From the NCBI GenBank assembly GCA_964016885.1, contig OZ024748.1, forward strand, positions 34,534,001 to 34,598,000: 64,000 nt of DNA. The letters are read 5' to 3'. The position numbers were made by a program, and so were the translations under genes. The notes beneath the pieces were generated by a model, which saw only the letters and a list, made by a program, of their open reading frames with translations, made no database searches and had not been told where the DNA came from. The DNA comes from Eledone cirrhosa (Eukaryota). The number at the start of each line of letters is the position of its first letter. Position 1 is the first letter of the stretch. Shown one piece after another: positions 1 to 13,126 of the stretch.

Positions 1-772
1 ACTGCTGCTGACGTCCTACAGTATATGTCTGTGGTTGATACTGCTGCTGACGTCGCCACAGTATATGACGTTAGTTGACATTGCTGCTGACGTCACCAGA
101 GTATATGACGTTGGTTGAAACTGCTGCTGACGTCACCACAGTATATGACTGTGGTTGACACTGCTGATGACGTCTCCACAGTATATGACGGTGGTTGACA
201 CTGCTGCTGACGTCATATAAAGTATATAACGGTGGTTGACACTGTCTCTGACGTCACTACAGTATGTGACTGTGGTTGACACTGCTGCTGACGTCATATA
301 CAGTATATGACGGTGGTTAACACTGCTGCTGACGTCACCACATTATATGATGCTGGTTGACACTGCTGCTGACGTCACCACAGTATATGACGGTGGTTGA
401 CACTACTGCTGACGTCACCACAGTATATGACGGTGGTTGACACTGTTGCAGACGTCACCACAGTATATGACGTTAGTTGAAACGGCTGCTGACGTCATAT
501 CAGTATATGATGGTGGTTGACACTGCTGCTGATGTCATATACAGTACATAACTTTGGTTGACACTACTGCTGACCTCACCACAGTATATGACTGTGGTTG
601 ACACTGCTGCTGACGTCTCCACAGTATATGACGGTGGTTGACACTGCTGCTGACGTTATATACAGTATATGACTGTTGTTGACACTGCCTCTGACGTCAC
701 CACAGTATATGACTGTGGTTGACACTGCTCCTTACGTCATATACAGTATATGACGGTGGTTGACACTGCTGA
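1..772. repeat. 40-bp minisatellite, about 19 units, truncated by the window start
   Basis: Consensus ctgctgctgacgtcaccacagtatatgacggtggttgaca repeated head to tail with point variants and no spacers. Confidence 0.95.
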
Positions 773-1449
773 TATCATCAACATCTAAAATCATCAGTAA
801 AAGGGATTGATGACTGTAGTTTAGTTTGTTGTTGCTGTTGTTTTGTTATTTTAAGGGTTACCATGTGGTCACAATCTAATGGTTGGAGCTGAGAAATAAA
901 CAGGGATAGAATATAATTTTTAAAAAACATACGCAATAAAGAGTCAACAAAATGGCCGAGACGAATATTTCGGTTTTCATAATAAATAAGCTATTGTGTT
1001 ATATCGAACGGCAGTGGCCATGCTTAATGCCAACGGACTGAAAGGGGATCACCATAAATCGTTTTTAACTGCATATCATATCTCTGATCCATTGCTGAAT
1101 TTACACTGAGATTAAAAACAATGTTCACAATATGTCTGTGTAAGCAGGAAACACACGTTTGTCTACCCACCGTTCCACACACTCCCTCTCTCTCTCTTTA
1201 TTACATTCAATGTCTATTTGCTTAAGGGTATAAACATGAAATTATTATACATATACAAAGAAATATATTGATATGAGTGTATATGGTATCTATTTATGTA
1301 CAATTGTAGAGGTTATGTATATGTTGAACATTTAATGATATTTTATACAAACATGAGAGATAGAGGGGGAGAGAGAGAAAGAGAGAGGGAGAGAGAAATA
1401 TATGGTGTAACACCCACCCACACAATTAACCAACGACACACACATACAT

Positions 1450-1495
<46 letters not shown>

Positions 1496-1635
1496 GCAAA
1501 ACACATATATATGTATAAATTACAATCGCTTATCTTCCATCATTGAACAATCCAATTAATGGTTGGTCACTGTTTGTTCTGCACCCCCACCCAACTCCAC
1601 ATTTCTACAACTAGACGTTCCACCGCCGCAATCCA

Positions 1636-1671
<36 letters not shown>

Positions 1672-1782
1672 TATATATACATTATATATAAATATATATA
1701 TAATATATTTATATATATATACATTATATATATATTATATATATATTATATATATATATATATATATAATGTGTATATATAT

Positions 1783-1969
1783 AATTGTTTCAACTTTAGG
1801 CACAAGGCCAGCAATTACCCAGTACATTACTGGTACTTTATTTTATCGATCCCGTAAGGATGAAAGGCAAAGTTAACCTCGGCGAGATTTGAACTCAGAC
1901 TGTAAAGGGGCGTAACTATGTTAGAGAGCATGGCGTCCAACCCTCTACCGATACTGCCAATTCACCGCC
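1783..1969 (-). mobile_element. tRNA-derived SINE with Meta/MESC-like central domain (SINE family 1)
   Basis: Minus strand has an A-box-like tggcagtatcggtagag, a B-box gagttcaaatc and a central ctttcatccttacggg-tcgataaaataaagtacc; six similar copies in the window. Confidence 0.85.
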
Positions 1970-2103
1970 ATGTATATATATAATGTATATATATAATATA
2001 TATATATAATTTATATATATATAATGTATATATAATGTGTATATATATATATAATGTATATATAATGTATATATATATATATATATATATTTTAATATAG
2101 ATG

Positions 2104-2154
2104 AGATTCTACAGGACTAGAGCTGTTTCATTCATTAGAAATCATCAGGAATCT
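2104..2154 (-). ncRNA. Type I hammerhead ribozyme motif (inverted copy)
   Basis: Reverse complement reads agattc CTGATGA tttc-taat-gaat GAAA cag-ctctagtc-ctg TA gaatct. Confidence 0.75.
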
Positions 2155-2354
2155 GGGTATCAAAAAATAAAAATGGTATTTATAGGTCTCTACAAGTGGT
2201 AGGAGAGGGTGGGGAGTGGGATGGGTGCAGGTCATTGGTTGATAGAAAAGGGAATTCATTAAAAGCTAATTCTACAAAGCTATAGTTTATTTTTATTTAT
2301 TTATGTTTTTAGAGTAACAAGGGCAGACAGAGTTCTATATATTTTTTGATACCC

Positions 2355-2405
2355 AGATTCCTGATGATTTCTAATGAATGAAACAGTTCTAGTCCTGTAG
2401 AATCT
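2355..2405 (+). ncRNA. Type I hammerhead ribozyme motif
   Basis: Stem I agattc/gaatct; core CTGATGA 2361-2367; stem II ttc-taat-gaa; GAAA 2380-2383; stem III cag/ctg; GUA triplet 2397-2399. Confidence 0.75.
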
Positions 2406-2487
2406 CATCTATATTAAAACTTTTATACTCTGCTATGTATTGAGTACCTTACTTACTGTGGTTACCTCCGATTCAACCCGGAATAAC

Positions 2488-3570
<1,083 letters not shown>

Positions 3571-3576
3571 ATCGTA

Positions 3577-3990
3577 GTGGACTATTGTATGCGCCTTGCA
3601 CTGGAGAAACACCAGGACTCTGGCTTTACTGTAACACCGGCTCAGAGCAGGCGAGTTAAGGCGCAAAAGATATCGGATGCTGAATTTGCCGACGACATAG
3701 TTTTAGTGACAAATACAGTGAAGGAGGCAGAGGATTTGATTCAGGAGGTTGAGACTGTTTCGATGAGTGTGGGGTTGAGAATAAATGAGACTAAGACAAA
3801 ATGTCTGGTAGAGAATGTTGAGAAGCCAGAGGGGATCACTAATGTAGGTGAGAAGCCGCTGGAATTAGTTGAGGACTTCCTGTATTTGGGAGCAAAGATG
3901 GGAATACGGAAGATGATGTGGTTGAGAGGAAGGGAAAATCCTGGGCGGCGTGCCACAGCTTGAGATCGGTGTGTAAGTCGCAAGTCCAAC
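3577..3990 (+). pseudogene. RTE-like LINE reverse transcriptase fragment
   Basis: ORF 3577-3963 contains EFADDIVL, GLRINETKTK and VEDFLYLG non-LTR RT motifs. Confidence 0.8.
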
Positions 3991-4029
3991 AGTCGCAAGC
4001 GGTGGGAGGAACCGTCCTGACGAAAGCCT

Positions 4030-4155
4030 GTTAATGACGTATTATATTCGTTTTTTCCCGTTCTTTGCCAGGGAACGTTTCCACGAACCAAAGTATCGTC
4101 TTCCTGTCTTCCTCCGGTTGCAACGTTTTTTTAAATATCCACTTCTGCGTTTACA
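4030..4155 (+). mobile_element. Fragment of PLE family B terminal repeat
   Basis: Near-identical to about 51128-51252. Confidence 0.85.
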
Positions 4156-4631
4156 TATTGACAAATGAGACATTTCTAATATATCTCTTCCCAGACGGAC
4201 GTCTCGTTTCATTATAGGACTCCTACAATTTGGGTGCAATTATACCAATTTATGTAGGAGCTTGTATACCATCAATAGATATATATTCAAGTGGGCTCCT
4301 ATAATTCATCAGTGGGTGTCCCAATAATACTAATATTGATAATCTAACCAACATCAGCATTTAGCGATAATCACTTTCTGCGCCTGAGGTATCTGTCAGG
4401 TTGCTAGTCCAGCAGTTCTGAAAGAAGTGCTCGAACTGATTCAAAAAATGAGGAAGTGAATTATTGCCAAAAAAAAACAATACAAGCGCGTGACAATGAA
4501 CTCTGAAAGGAATTCAGGCCACGTGCTAAGAACTCAATTGAAAATTGAAAAAATATCTATATATATATAATGTATATATATAAGTAATGTATATATATAT
4601 ATATATATATATATACATTATATATATATAC

Positions 4632-4704
<73 letters not shown>

Positions 4705-4769
4705 TATATATATATATATATATTATATATATATATATTATATATATATATATATATTATATATATATA

Positions 4770-6462
4770 TACTTGGGGAGGGTCATATTGTTGTAATAAT
4801 ATTGCCAGAAATAATAACAGAACACACTCACTGTTTGGATGGTTTTCGCTTCTGTTTCTTTTATATCTCCACAGTTAATTCATTTGGTCATCAATGTTTA
4901 TCATTGACTGACCAACGGTCAAAAATACGGATATAATATAGATATAAACACATATATATAGTCTAATAAAGTTCTTTAGTTGCACATCTGCACATCTGCA
5001 ACATCATAACCAATATGATTTAAAATGTAGCACAATGGACAGCATCCAGTAGATACATAACTCCATACACCAGAGTATAACTGTAACTATCGACTACCCT
5101 TCCAAACACCCTAACAATAGACTACCTGTATTAGACACGGAACTCTGGATTAACACTATAGACGAGAGAGCCAAAATTCTCCACACACACTACGCTAAAC
5201 CCATTGCCTCCAAATACCTGATACTCAAAAACTCAGCAATGTCCAGTAGTGCTAAGTTTAATATTCTGATCGCAGACATGGTACGAGTGATGAAGAACGT
5301 GTCCCGCATGTGCGACCCAACAGAAATGGAAAGACACATCCAACACTTCATCAACCGCATGCAGTTTTCTGGCTAAAACCAAAGAGACAGAATCAGAGTT
5401 TACAAAGGAGCCACGGAGAAATATAAGCCTCATAGAACTGGACATGAAAGAAATTTGCCCATTATACAGGAGCAAATCATGGAATAGCTAAGATAGGACT
5501 AAACATAAGATAGGGAAAGCCACCTCATGGGACGACAACCAGAGATACCAGAGCATCATGTTCGTGGACGCTACCCCTGGAGGGATATTAGCTAACCAGT
5601 GTAGAAAGGCCCTGAGAAAGACCCAATTAAAGATTAAAGTGGTAGAAAAGACAGGAACTACCATAAAACTCCTGCTCAGCAAAACTTTTAAGAAAACCCA
5701 CTGTGCTAATAGGAAATGTGTTATATGTAAAGTAAACCCCCAGATAAACTGTAAAACTAGAAACGTAGTCTATAGCATAAGATGTACAGAGGGTACTTGC
5801 AGAAGCATGACAGCAACATACATAGGCGAGACAGCTCGAAGCATAGGAGAAATGATAGACCAACACTGGGGGGAACTAAAAGGAAGAAAAAACGGTTCAG
5901 TACTATACGAACACGCCAGACAACAACATGTCGGTGACGTAGACAACATAGAAATTAAAATAATATCTAAACATAGTACAATAATAACAAACACATATAA
6001 ACACACACTAGTAAACTAAGATAGAATACAATAACCATAACACAGTCACCCAAACGCGAACACACACCAAACACTATACACACACACAAACGCATGCGTT
6101 GAGAAGACATAAATAAATAAACAGATAAAATAAAAATGGCGTAGACATACAATACAATAGGAGAAACATAATAGTACCACTGATCAATTTGCAGATGTGC
6201 AACGAAAGACTATATATGTGTTTATATCTATATTATATCCGTATTTTTGACCGTTGGTCAATCAATGATAAACATTAAGGACCAAATGAATTAACTGTGG
6301 AGATACAAAAGATACAGAAGCGAAAACCAACCAAACAGTGAGTGTGTTCTGTTATTATTTCTGGCAATATTATTACAACAAAATGACCCTCCCCAAGTAT
6401 AACAATATTTGTTTCGACACACGATTTCATATCAAAAACCTCGCAAAACAAATTCATCGCCA
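4770..6462 (+). mobile_element. PLE family A, 5'-truncated copy with inverted terminal repeat at the 5' end
   Basis: RT thumb (YPSKHPNNRLPVLD) then GIY-YIG ORF 5558-6019 (VVYSIRC...YIGET); 4770-5000 is an inverted copy of about 6190-6400; microsatellite flanks. Confidence 0.9.
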
Positions 6463-6569
<107 letters not shown>

Positions 6570-6648
6570 GTATATAAAGTTATTTTCGCTGTCACATATA
6601 ATCTATATAGTATATATATAATATATATATATAATATATATATATAAA

Positions 6649-6748
<100 letters not shown>

Positions 6749-6895
6749 ATACTTTGGGAGGGTTATGTTGCCAATAACAAACACACGCACCAGTTGCTTT
6801 CACTCCAATATATTATAAATTAAATTATTAATTTAAAAATTTATAAATTTCCGGTTGGCTGGTTGGTTCCACAACCGGACGGTTGTTCATATATT

Positions 6896-6938
6896 GTCAA
6901 AGTTCTTTCGTCACACATTCTGTGACCTCATCAGTGAC
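6896..6938 (-). ncRNA. Minimal type I HHR in the family A2 3' terminal repeat
   Basis: Reverse complement reads gtca CTGATGA g gtcaca-gaatg-tgtgac GAAA g-aa-c TT tgac. Confidence 0.75.
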
Positions 6939-8876
6939 CGGGATTATTTTCTTTGTTTTGTGCCTCTCCTTTGTTCTGTCCTACGCCATCTTGTTTTTAT
7001 GTGTGTTGTGTGCTTAGTTTGCGCATGTGTTACATCCGGGTGTCTGTGTGTGTTTTTATTTGTTTATCTACATGTTACTGGTTGGTTGTTTGTTCTATGT
7101 GTGTGTGTGTTTTCATTTTGTCCTTAATTGTAAGTTGTGATGTTGCTATTCCATTCATGTTTTCTATTTAATTTTGGTTGGAATTCATTTATGTTTATTG
7201 CCTCTGTGATTTGTCTAAACATTGCGTCTTTTCTGTGTGTAGATTTTATTTTTATTTCTATGTTCTCTAATTTCCCCTTGTGTTCTATTTAAGCATGTTG
7301 GTGGAGTACTGATGATTCTTTTCTATCTTGAAGCTCTCGCCAGTGTTAATTTAATCGTTCTCCTATACTACGAGCTGTCTCACCTATGTACACTATATTC
7401 TTATCTTTACATTGTCCTTCAGTACATCTTATGCTATATACTATGTTTCCTGTTTTACAGTTAATATGGGGGCTAAGTTTACAGATTATGCATTTCTTAT
7501 CTATACAGGGAGGTCTTTGAAAAGGGTATGTATTATTAATAAGTGTTTTTATGGAGGTGCCTGGTCTTTCTACTATCTTAATATTTAGTTTAAGTTTATC
7601 TAGGGCCCTTCTAAATTTGTAAGCTAGTTCATCTCTAGGCGTTGTATTGATGAACATTATACTCTGGTATTTATTGCTATCATACCATGATTTATTCTAT
7701 TAACCTTATTCCTAGTTCTTTCTATTCTATTCCAAAATTTGCTCCTATACAAGGGGCAGGTCCCATTTGTGTCATTATTTACCATTTTTTCCCATTTCGT
7801 TCCGGCTCCTCTATATACTCTGATTTTATCTCTCTGATTGTAACCAGAGAACTGCATACGGTGGATGAAGAAGTGTTGTATGTGTCTCTCTAGTTCTTTG
7901 GGGCTGCACATGCGGGACACGTTTCTCATCACCCGTACTAAATCCGCAATCAGTATGTTGATTTTGATGTGATCCGAAACAGCTGAGTTTCGGTGGATCA
8001 GATATTTGGAAGTCATGGGTTTGGCATAATGGGAATGGAGGATTTGTTTATTGTTATTAATGGTTTCTAACCAGAGCTCTGTGTCTAGTACAGGTAATCG
8101 ATGGTTGGGGTGTTTGCTTGGGTAGTCTATAGTAACTCTAATACCCTGGTGGATGGAGGTAGCTATTTGCTGGATGCTTTCCATGGTGTTTTTCTCTAAT
8201 TCCTGACTGTTCTCTAGTGGGGGTGTTTTTACTACGATATTTATATCATCAACGTAGCGAGAGTACATTATCAGGGTTAAGAGGTTGCTGTCTTCTAATT
8301 GTTCTTTAAGTTTATTGTCCCACCATACCATGAATACGTCAGCTATGTCGCCTGCAATGCTAACACCAATGGCTGCTCCCTCCTCTTGGGCATATGTGTT
8401 TCCATTAAATTTGAACATATGTTCCTTAACGGTTAATTTTATACTGGCTCCCACCGCATGTGCAATCATTTTCTTTAGTTCATCATGGTTTTCGGAGGTC
8501 CGTATGGCTCTGGTCCACCCGTTCCATCTTCCTGTGTGGATTTTCTTTGGCCATTGAGGTAATGGTAGGTGGTCTGCCTCTTGCTGGTCTTGTGGGGCAG
8601 AGGTTGCTAAGGTCATACGTATCTAGATAATCATTACTATAAGTAAGTTTAAGTAGGAGTCCAAGCTCACTGGTATCAATCCCACTGAATTCAACATTGC
8701 TCTCACTGATCATCAATCAACCAGTAACATGTAAATAAACAAATAAATAAACAAATAAAAGCACACACAGACACCCGGATGTAACACATGCGCAAACTAA
8801 GCACACAACACACAGAAAAACAAGATGGCGTAGGACAGAACAAAGGAGAAGCACAAAACAAAGAAAAGAATCCCCG

Positions 8877-8919
8877 GTCACTGATGAGGTCACAGAATGT
8901 GTGACGAAAGAACTTTGAC
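8877..8919 (+). ncRNA. Minimal type I HHR (inverted copy of the family A2 repeat)
   Basis: gtca/tgac stem I; CTGATGA 8881-8887; 6-bp stem II; GAAAG-AA-CTT. Confidence 0.75.
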
Positions 8920-9273
8920 AATATATGAACAACCATCCGGTTGTGGGACCAACCAACCAACAGGAAATTTATAAATTTTTAAATTTATAATTTAATTTAT
9001 AATAAATTGGAGTGAAAGCAACTGGTACGTGTGTTTCATATTGGCAACATGACTTTCCCAAAGTATAACAATATCGGTTTCAACACACGTTTTCAGATAA
9101 AGAATCTTGCTAAACAAATTCAGAAACGAAATATATATATATATATATATAATGTATATATATATATATATATATATAATGTATATATATAATATATATA
9201 TATCATATATATATATATAAAATCTATACATATATATAATGCATATATATATATAATGTATATATATATATAC

Positions 9274-9458
9274 TTGTTTCTACTTTTGACACAAGGGCAG
9301 CAATTAACCATTGTATTACTGGTACTTTATTTTATCGACCCCATAAGGATGAAAGGCAAAGTTAACCTCGGCGAGATTTGAACTCAGAATGGCAAGGGCC
9401 GTAACTCTATGCCTCAAAGCATGACGTCGGACCCCCTACCGATACTACCAATCCACCA
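9274..9458 (-). mobile_element. SINE family 1 copy
   Basis: Matches 1783-1969. Confidence 0.85.
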
Positions 9459-9589
9459 TAATGTATATATATACATTATATATGTATATATATATATACA
9501 TTATATATATATATAATGTATATATGTATATATATATATATATATAATGTAAATAATGTATATATATATATATATATATTTATATTTAC

Positions 9590-9672
<83 letters not shown>

Positions 9673-11035
9673 AATATAAATATATATATATATATATATA
9701 TACATTATATACATTATATATATAATGTATATAATGTATATATATATATATATATATATAATGCATATATATATATATATTTATATCAAAAACCTCGCAA
9801 AACTAATTCATCGCCGTTATATTTATATTTATATTTACATATATATATATATATATATGACTGTTTAGCTTGACTTGTTTTTTTGGTTTCTTGTTTATCA
9901 CTCTGGTCCTTTTAGCCCATGGAGCGCTTGACAACATGACTCGGAATTTGCGTTATATTTCGCTTTTTCTACCCGCCGAAATGCGATTCTCGCTGAATTT
10001 ATATTTGTATATATATATATATATATAGTAGATAAATATACCAAAAGTTTACGGTAGTGTCCAATCCGTATGAAGAACTCAATGTAATCCGGATATCATG
10101 AAAAGAGAAGATGCATTCAAAAACTACTTTCGGTGAAAAATAAACGGAAAACAGAGTCAAGATAAATTAATAAAATAATGAATAAACAAAGAAACAGTTC
10201 CTTATATTAAAAAGCTAATAAACAAGCTAAAACACCTAAATCAATAATTCTAACTAAAAATGTGTGTGGTGAGGTCATTAACAATAATTCTCTTAATAAA
10301 CATCAGGATGCATCCTATAAAAACAATAAACAACATCGAAACCGTAATAGACGAGTTACTTGGTACAATGCTCCATTTAATTTACAAATTAAGGATAATA
10401 TACCTAAAAAATTCTTTAATATCCTAGAGAAAAACTTCCCGCCAAACCACAAATACCATCAAATCTTAAATAGATCAACGGTTAAATTCTCCTACTCAAC
10501 AACCAAAAACATAAAACAAAATATAAGTGCCTATAATGCATATAAATGTAAAAAAACCATGAGTATACCACCAGTACATCAAACTAACCATAATATCTCC
10601 CCAGATACAGGAATCACGAAAAGGTGTAACTGTAGAAACAAGGCAAACTGTCCATTAAAAGGAAATTGCCTTGTTAATAACATAGTATATAAATGTAAAG
10701 TTAACACTAAGGACTCAATTTATTCATATATATAGGAGCTACCCCTAACAAATTTAAGGTAAGATTTAATACCCACAAACATAGTTTTAAAAATGCCGCA
10801 CTAGCTAATACAACATCTCTAGCTGAAATATTAAATATTTATAGAAAGAGGAATATAGAATATGACCTGACCTGGAGTGTGCTCAAAAGGGCCACCCCTT
10901 ATCAAAATAGTAGAAATGAATGTAAATTATGTTCCCAAGAACTTTTTGAAATAATGAAATCTAAGGATATCCTATTAAATAGGCGACAGGAATTAATAAT
11001 ATCGTGTAATCATAAACTGAGAAAAACTTTTAAAT

Positions 11036-11260
11036 ATTATAAACCTAATTAATATACACTTTAGAAATTAATTTATAAATTATTTTTAATTTAGTTAACC
11101 TATAATTAATATTCTACTACTGATGAACTACATAATTCTGCTTTTTTAAAAATTATAAACCTAATTAATATACACTTTAGAAATTAATATATAAACTATT
11201 TTTAATTTAGTTAACCTATAATTAATATTCTACTACTGATGAACTACATAATTTTGCTTT
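11036..11260. repeat. About 116-bp tandem duplication at the family C ORF end
   Basis: attataaacctaattaatatacactttag... occurs at 11036 and 11152. Confidence 0.85.
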
Positions 11261-11481
11261 CCTTCTTACAAATATCATTTCCTAAAACTGATACCATTAA
11301 GTAAACATATATAATGCTTTAACTTCAGGTTATGACTCTATGTTCCTTGAAAACTATATATATTTACTATTTCTCACTAATAAATTTAATCCCCCCCCCA
11401 CAATAATTATATGTATATATAAGTGTATATGTGTGTGTATGTGTATGTGTATGTATGTATATATGCATGTATATATCTATG

Positions 11482-11512
<31 letters not shown>

Positions 11513-11672
11513 ATATATGTGTATATATATATATATATATGTGTGTATGTGTGTGTGTGTAAGTGTATACATATGTATATATATATGTATATGTAAGTGT
11601 ATATATATATATATATGTATATATATGTATGTGTGTATGTGTATATATATGTGTATATATATATATATATAA

Positions 11673-11734
<62 letters not shown>

Positions 11735-12366
11735 TTTATATTCTTTTAATTTCCCCTCATCTTTAACAGTACTTTTCAACTGCATCTAACTCTTATTTAT
11801 CATATCTATATGTATTAGTATAATTTTATCAATATAAATTATACCCATCAATTAAATTAATTTATATTCTTTTCATAGATGTATTTTTTTCACTAACATT
11901 CTTATCTTAAAACTTTAGTCACCTTAGATATTTGTATTGGCATTACTATTTTATAACAGCAACTGCTTGTATACCTTTTACTGACCACCTGACCTATTTT
12001 CACCCTTAAAATAAGCTTCAATTACTACTATTTTACCATTTGGCCAATTATTAACTTTCTATTGGTTAATTCTAAACCTCTTACCATACAGACAGAATAT
12101 ATTAGATCTTTGTTGGTTTTATTCAATGAACAAATAAAATTATTTCTGAGGTCAGCATAAGACCTATTTCTTCCCTAAAATAATCCTTCATTCATAATAT
12201 TCTTTTCCATCCAAAACTGAAATCTACCTTCCTCTACCCATAATTTAAGGTTCTTCTACTACTATATTACTATCCTGACCCTCACTATCTCTCTATTGGT
12301 CAATTCAAAACCTGTTCCCAAACAGACCTATTGTATTGAATCTTTGTCTTTTTCAATAAACAAATA

Positions 12367-12508
12367 TCATTATTTCTGAAGACAGCATATATATGTGTAG
12401 GTATGTATATTCCCTCTGATAGTTTGTATAAATATTGTACATAGATCTATAGAATATGCATACCAACTCTAACACATATATATCCTAGAAACGATCGTAA
12501 AATGATGA
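12367..12508 (+). ncRNA. Type I HHR with about 105-nt stem II insertion and palindromic minimal stem III
   Basis: tcattattt CTGAAGA (12376) ... GAAAC GATC GTA aaatgatga; the insert pairs as atatatatgtgt/acacatatatat and ggtatgtatattc/gaatatgcatacc. Confidence 0.75.
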
Positions 12509-12545
12509 ATTTTTTTAATATAAGGAACTATTCATTATTTTATTA

Positions 12546-12609
<64 letters not shown>

Positions 12610-12654
12610 ATATATATATTGGAAAATGTGTGTAATCCTTGGTACAGTTAGGTA

Positions 12655-13054
12655 TATTAAGACAGGGGGGAAGAAAAAATGGCTTCACTTGTGCTTTCAA
12701 CAAATTTATTTTCTTCACAAAATCAAAAAAGAATTTTTTCCGGATTAGAAAAAATGTTTTCTTAAAAAAAATTATTTTCGAAATTAAGTCGTTGGTTGTT
12801 GGTTAGGAGTTCTTGGTTAACGTAGGAGGTATTGTTTCGTTTTTAGAACGACCTTTCACGCTGAGGTGCGCAAACGAAACAATACCTCCTACATTAACCA
12901 AGAACTCCTAACCAACAACCAACAACTTAATTTATAAAATAATTTTTTTTAATAAAAAAAATTTTCTAATCCGGAAAAAAATTCTTTTGGGATTTTGTGA
13001 AGAAAATAAATTTGTTGAAAGCACAAGTGAAGCCATTTTTTCTTCCCCCCTGTC

Positions 13055-13060
<6 letters not shown>
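12655..13060. repeat. About 185-bp inverted repeat with short spacer, between (AT)n tracts
   Basis: 12655-12841 is the reverse complement of about 12873-13060. Confidence 0.85.

Positions 13061-13122
<62 letters not shown>

Positions 13123-13126
<4 letters not shown>

Larger units (their letters stand above)
10027..12550 (+). mobile_element. PLE family C (Naiad-like), 5'-truncated: GIY-YIG pseudogene plus long 3' UTR
   Basis: ORF 10262-10735 (WYNAPF, CNCRNKANCPLKGNCL, IVYKC) is frameshifted at YIG and continues through CKLC to a stop at about 11051; about 10163-10212 is inverted relative to about 12510-12550. Confidence 0.85.

Noticed and set aside
1-772. CRISPR-like array
   Set aside because: Contiguous units with no unique spacers, no cas genes, eukaryotic context
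11110-11250. CTGATGA motifs in the 116-bp duplication
   Set aside because: No downstream GAAA or stem architecture
12845-12895. HHR in the 12655-13060 inverted repeat
   Set aside because: CTGAGGT...GAAAC lacks core A9 and workable stems I and III
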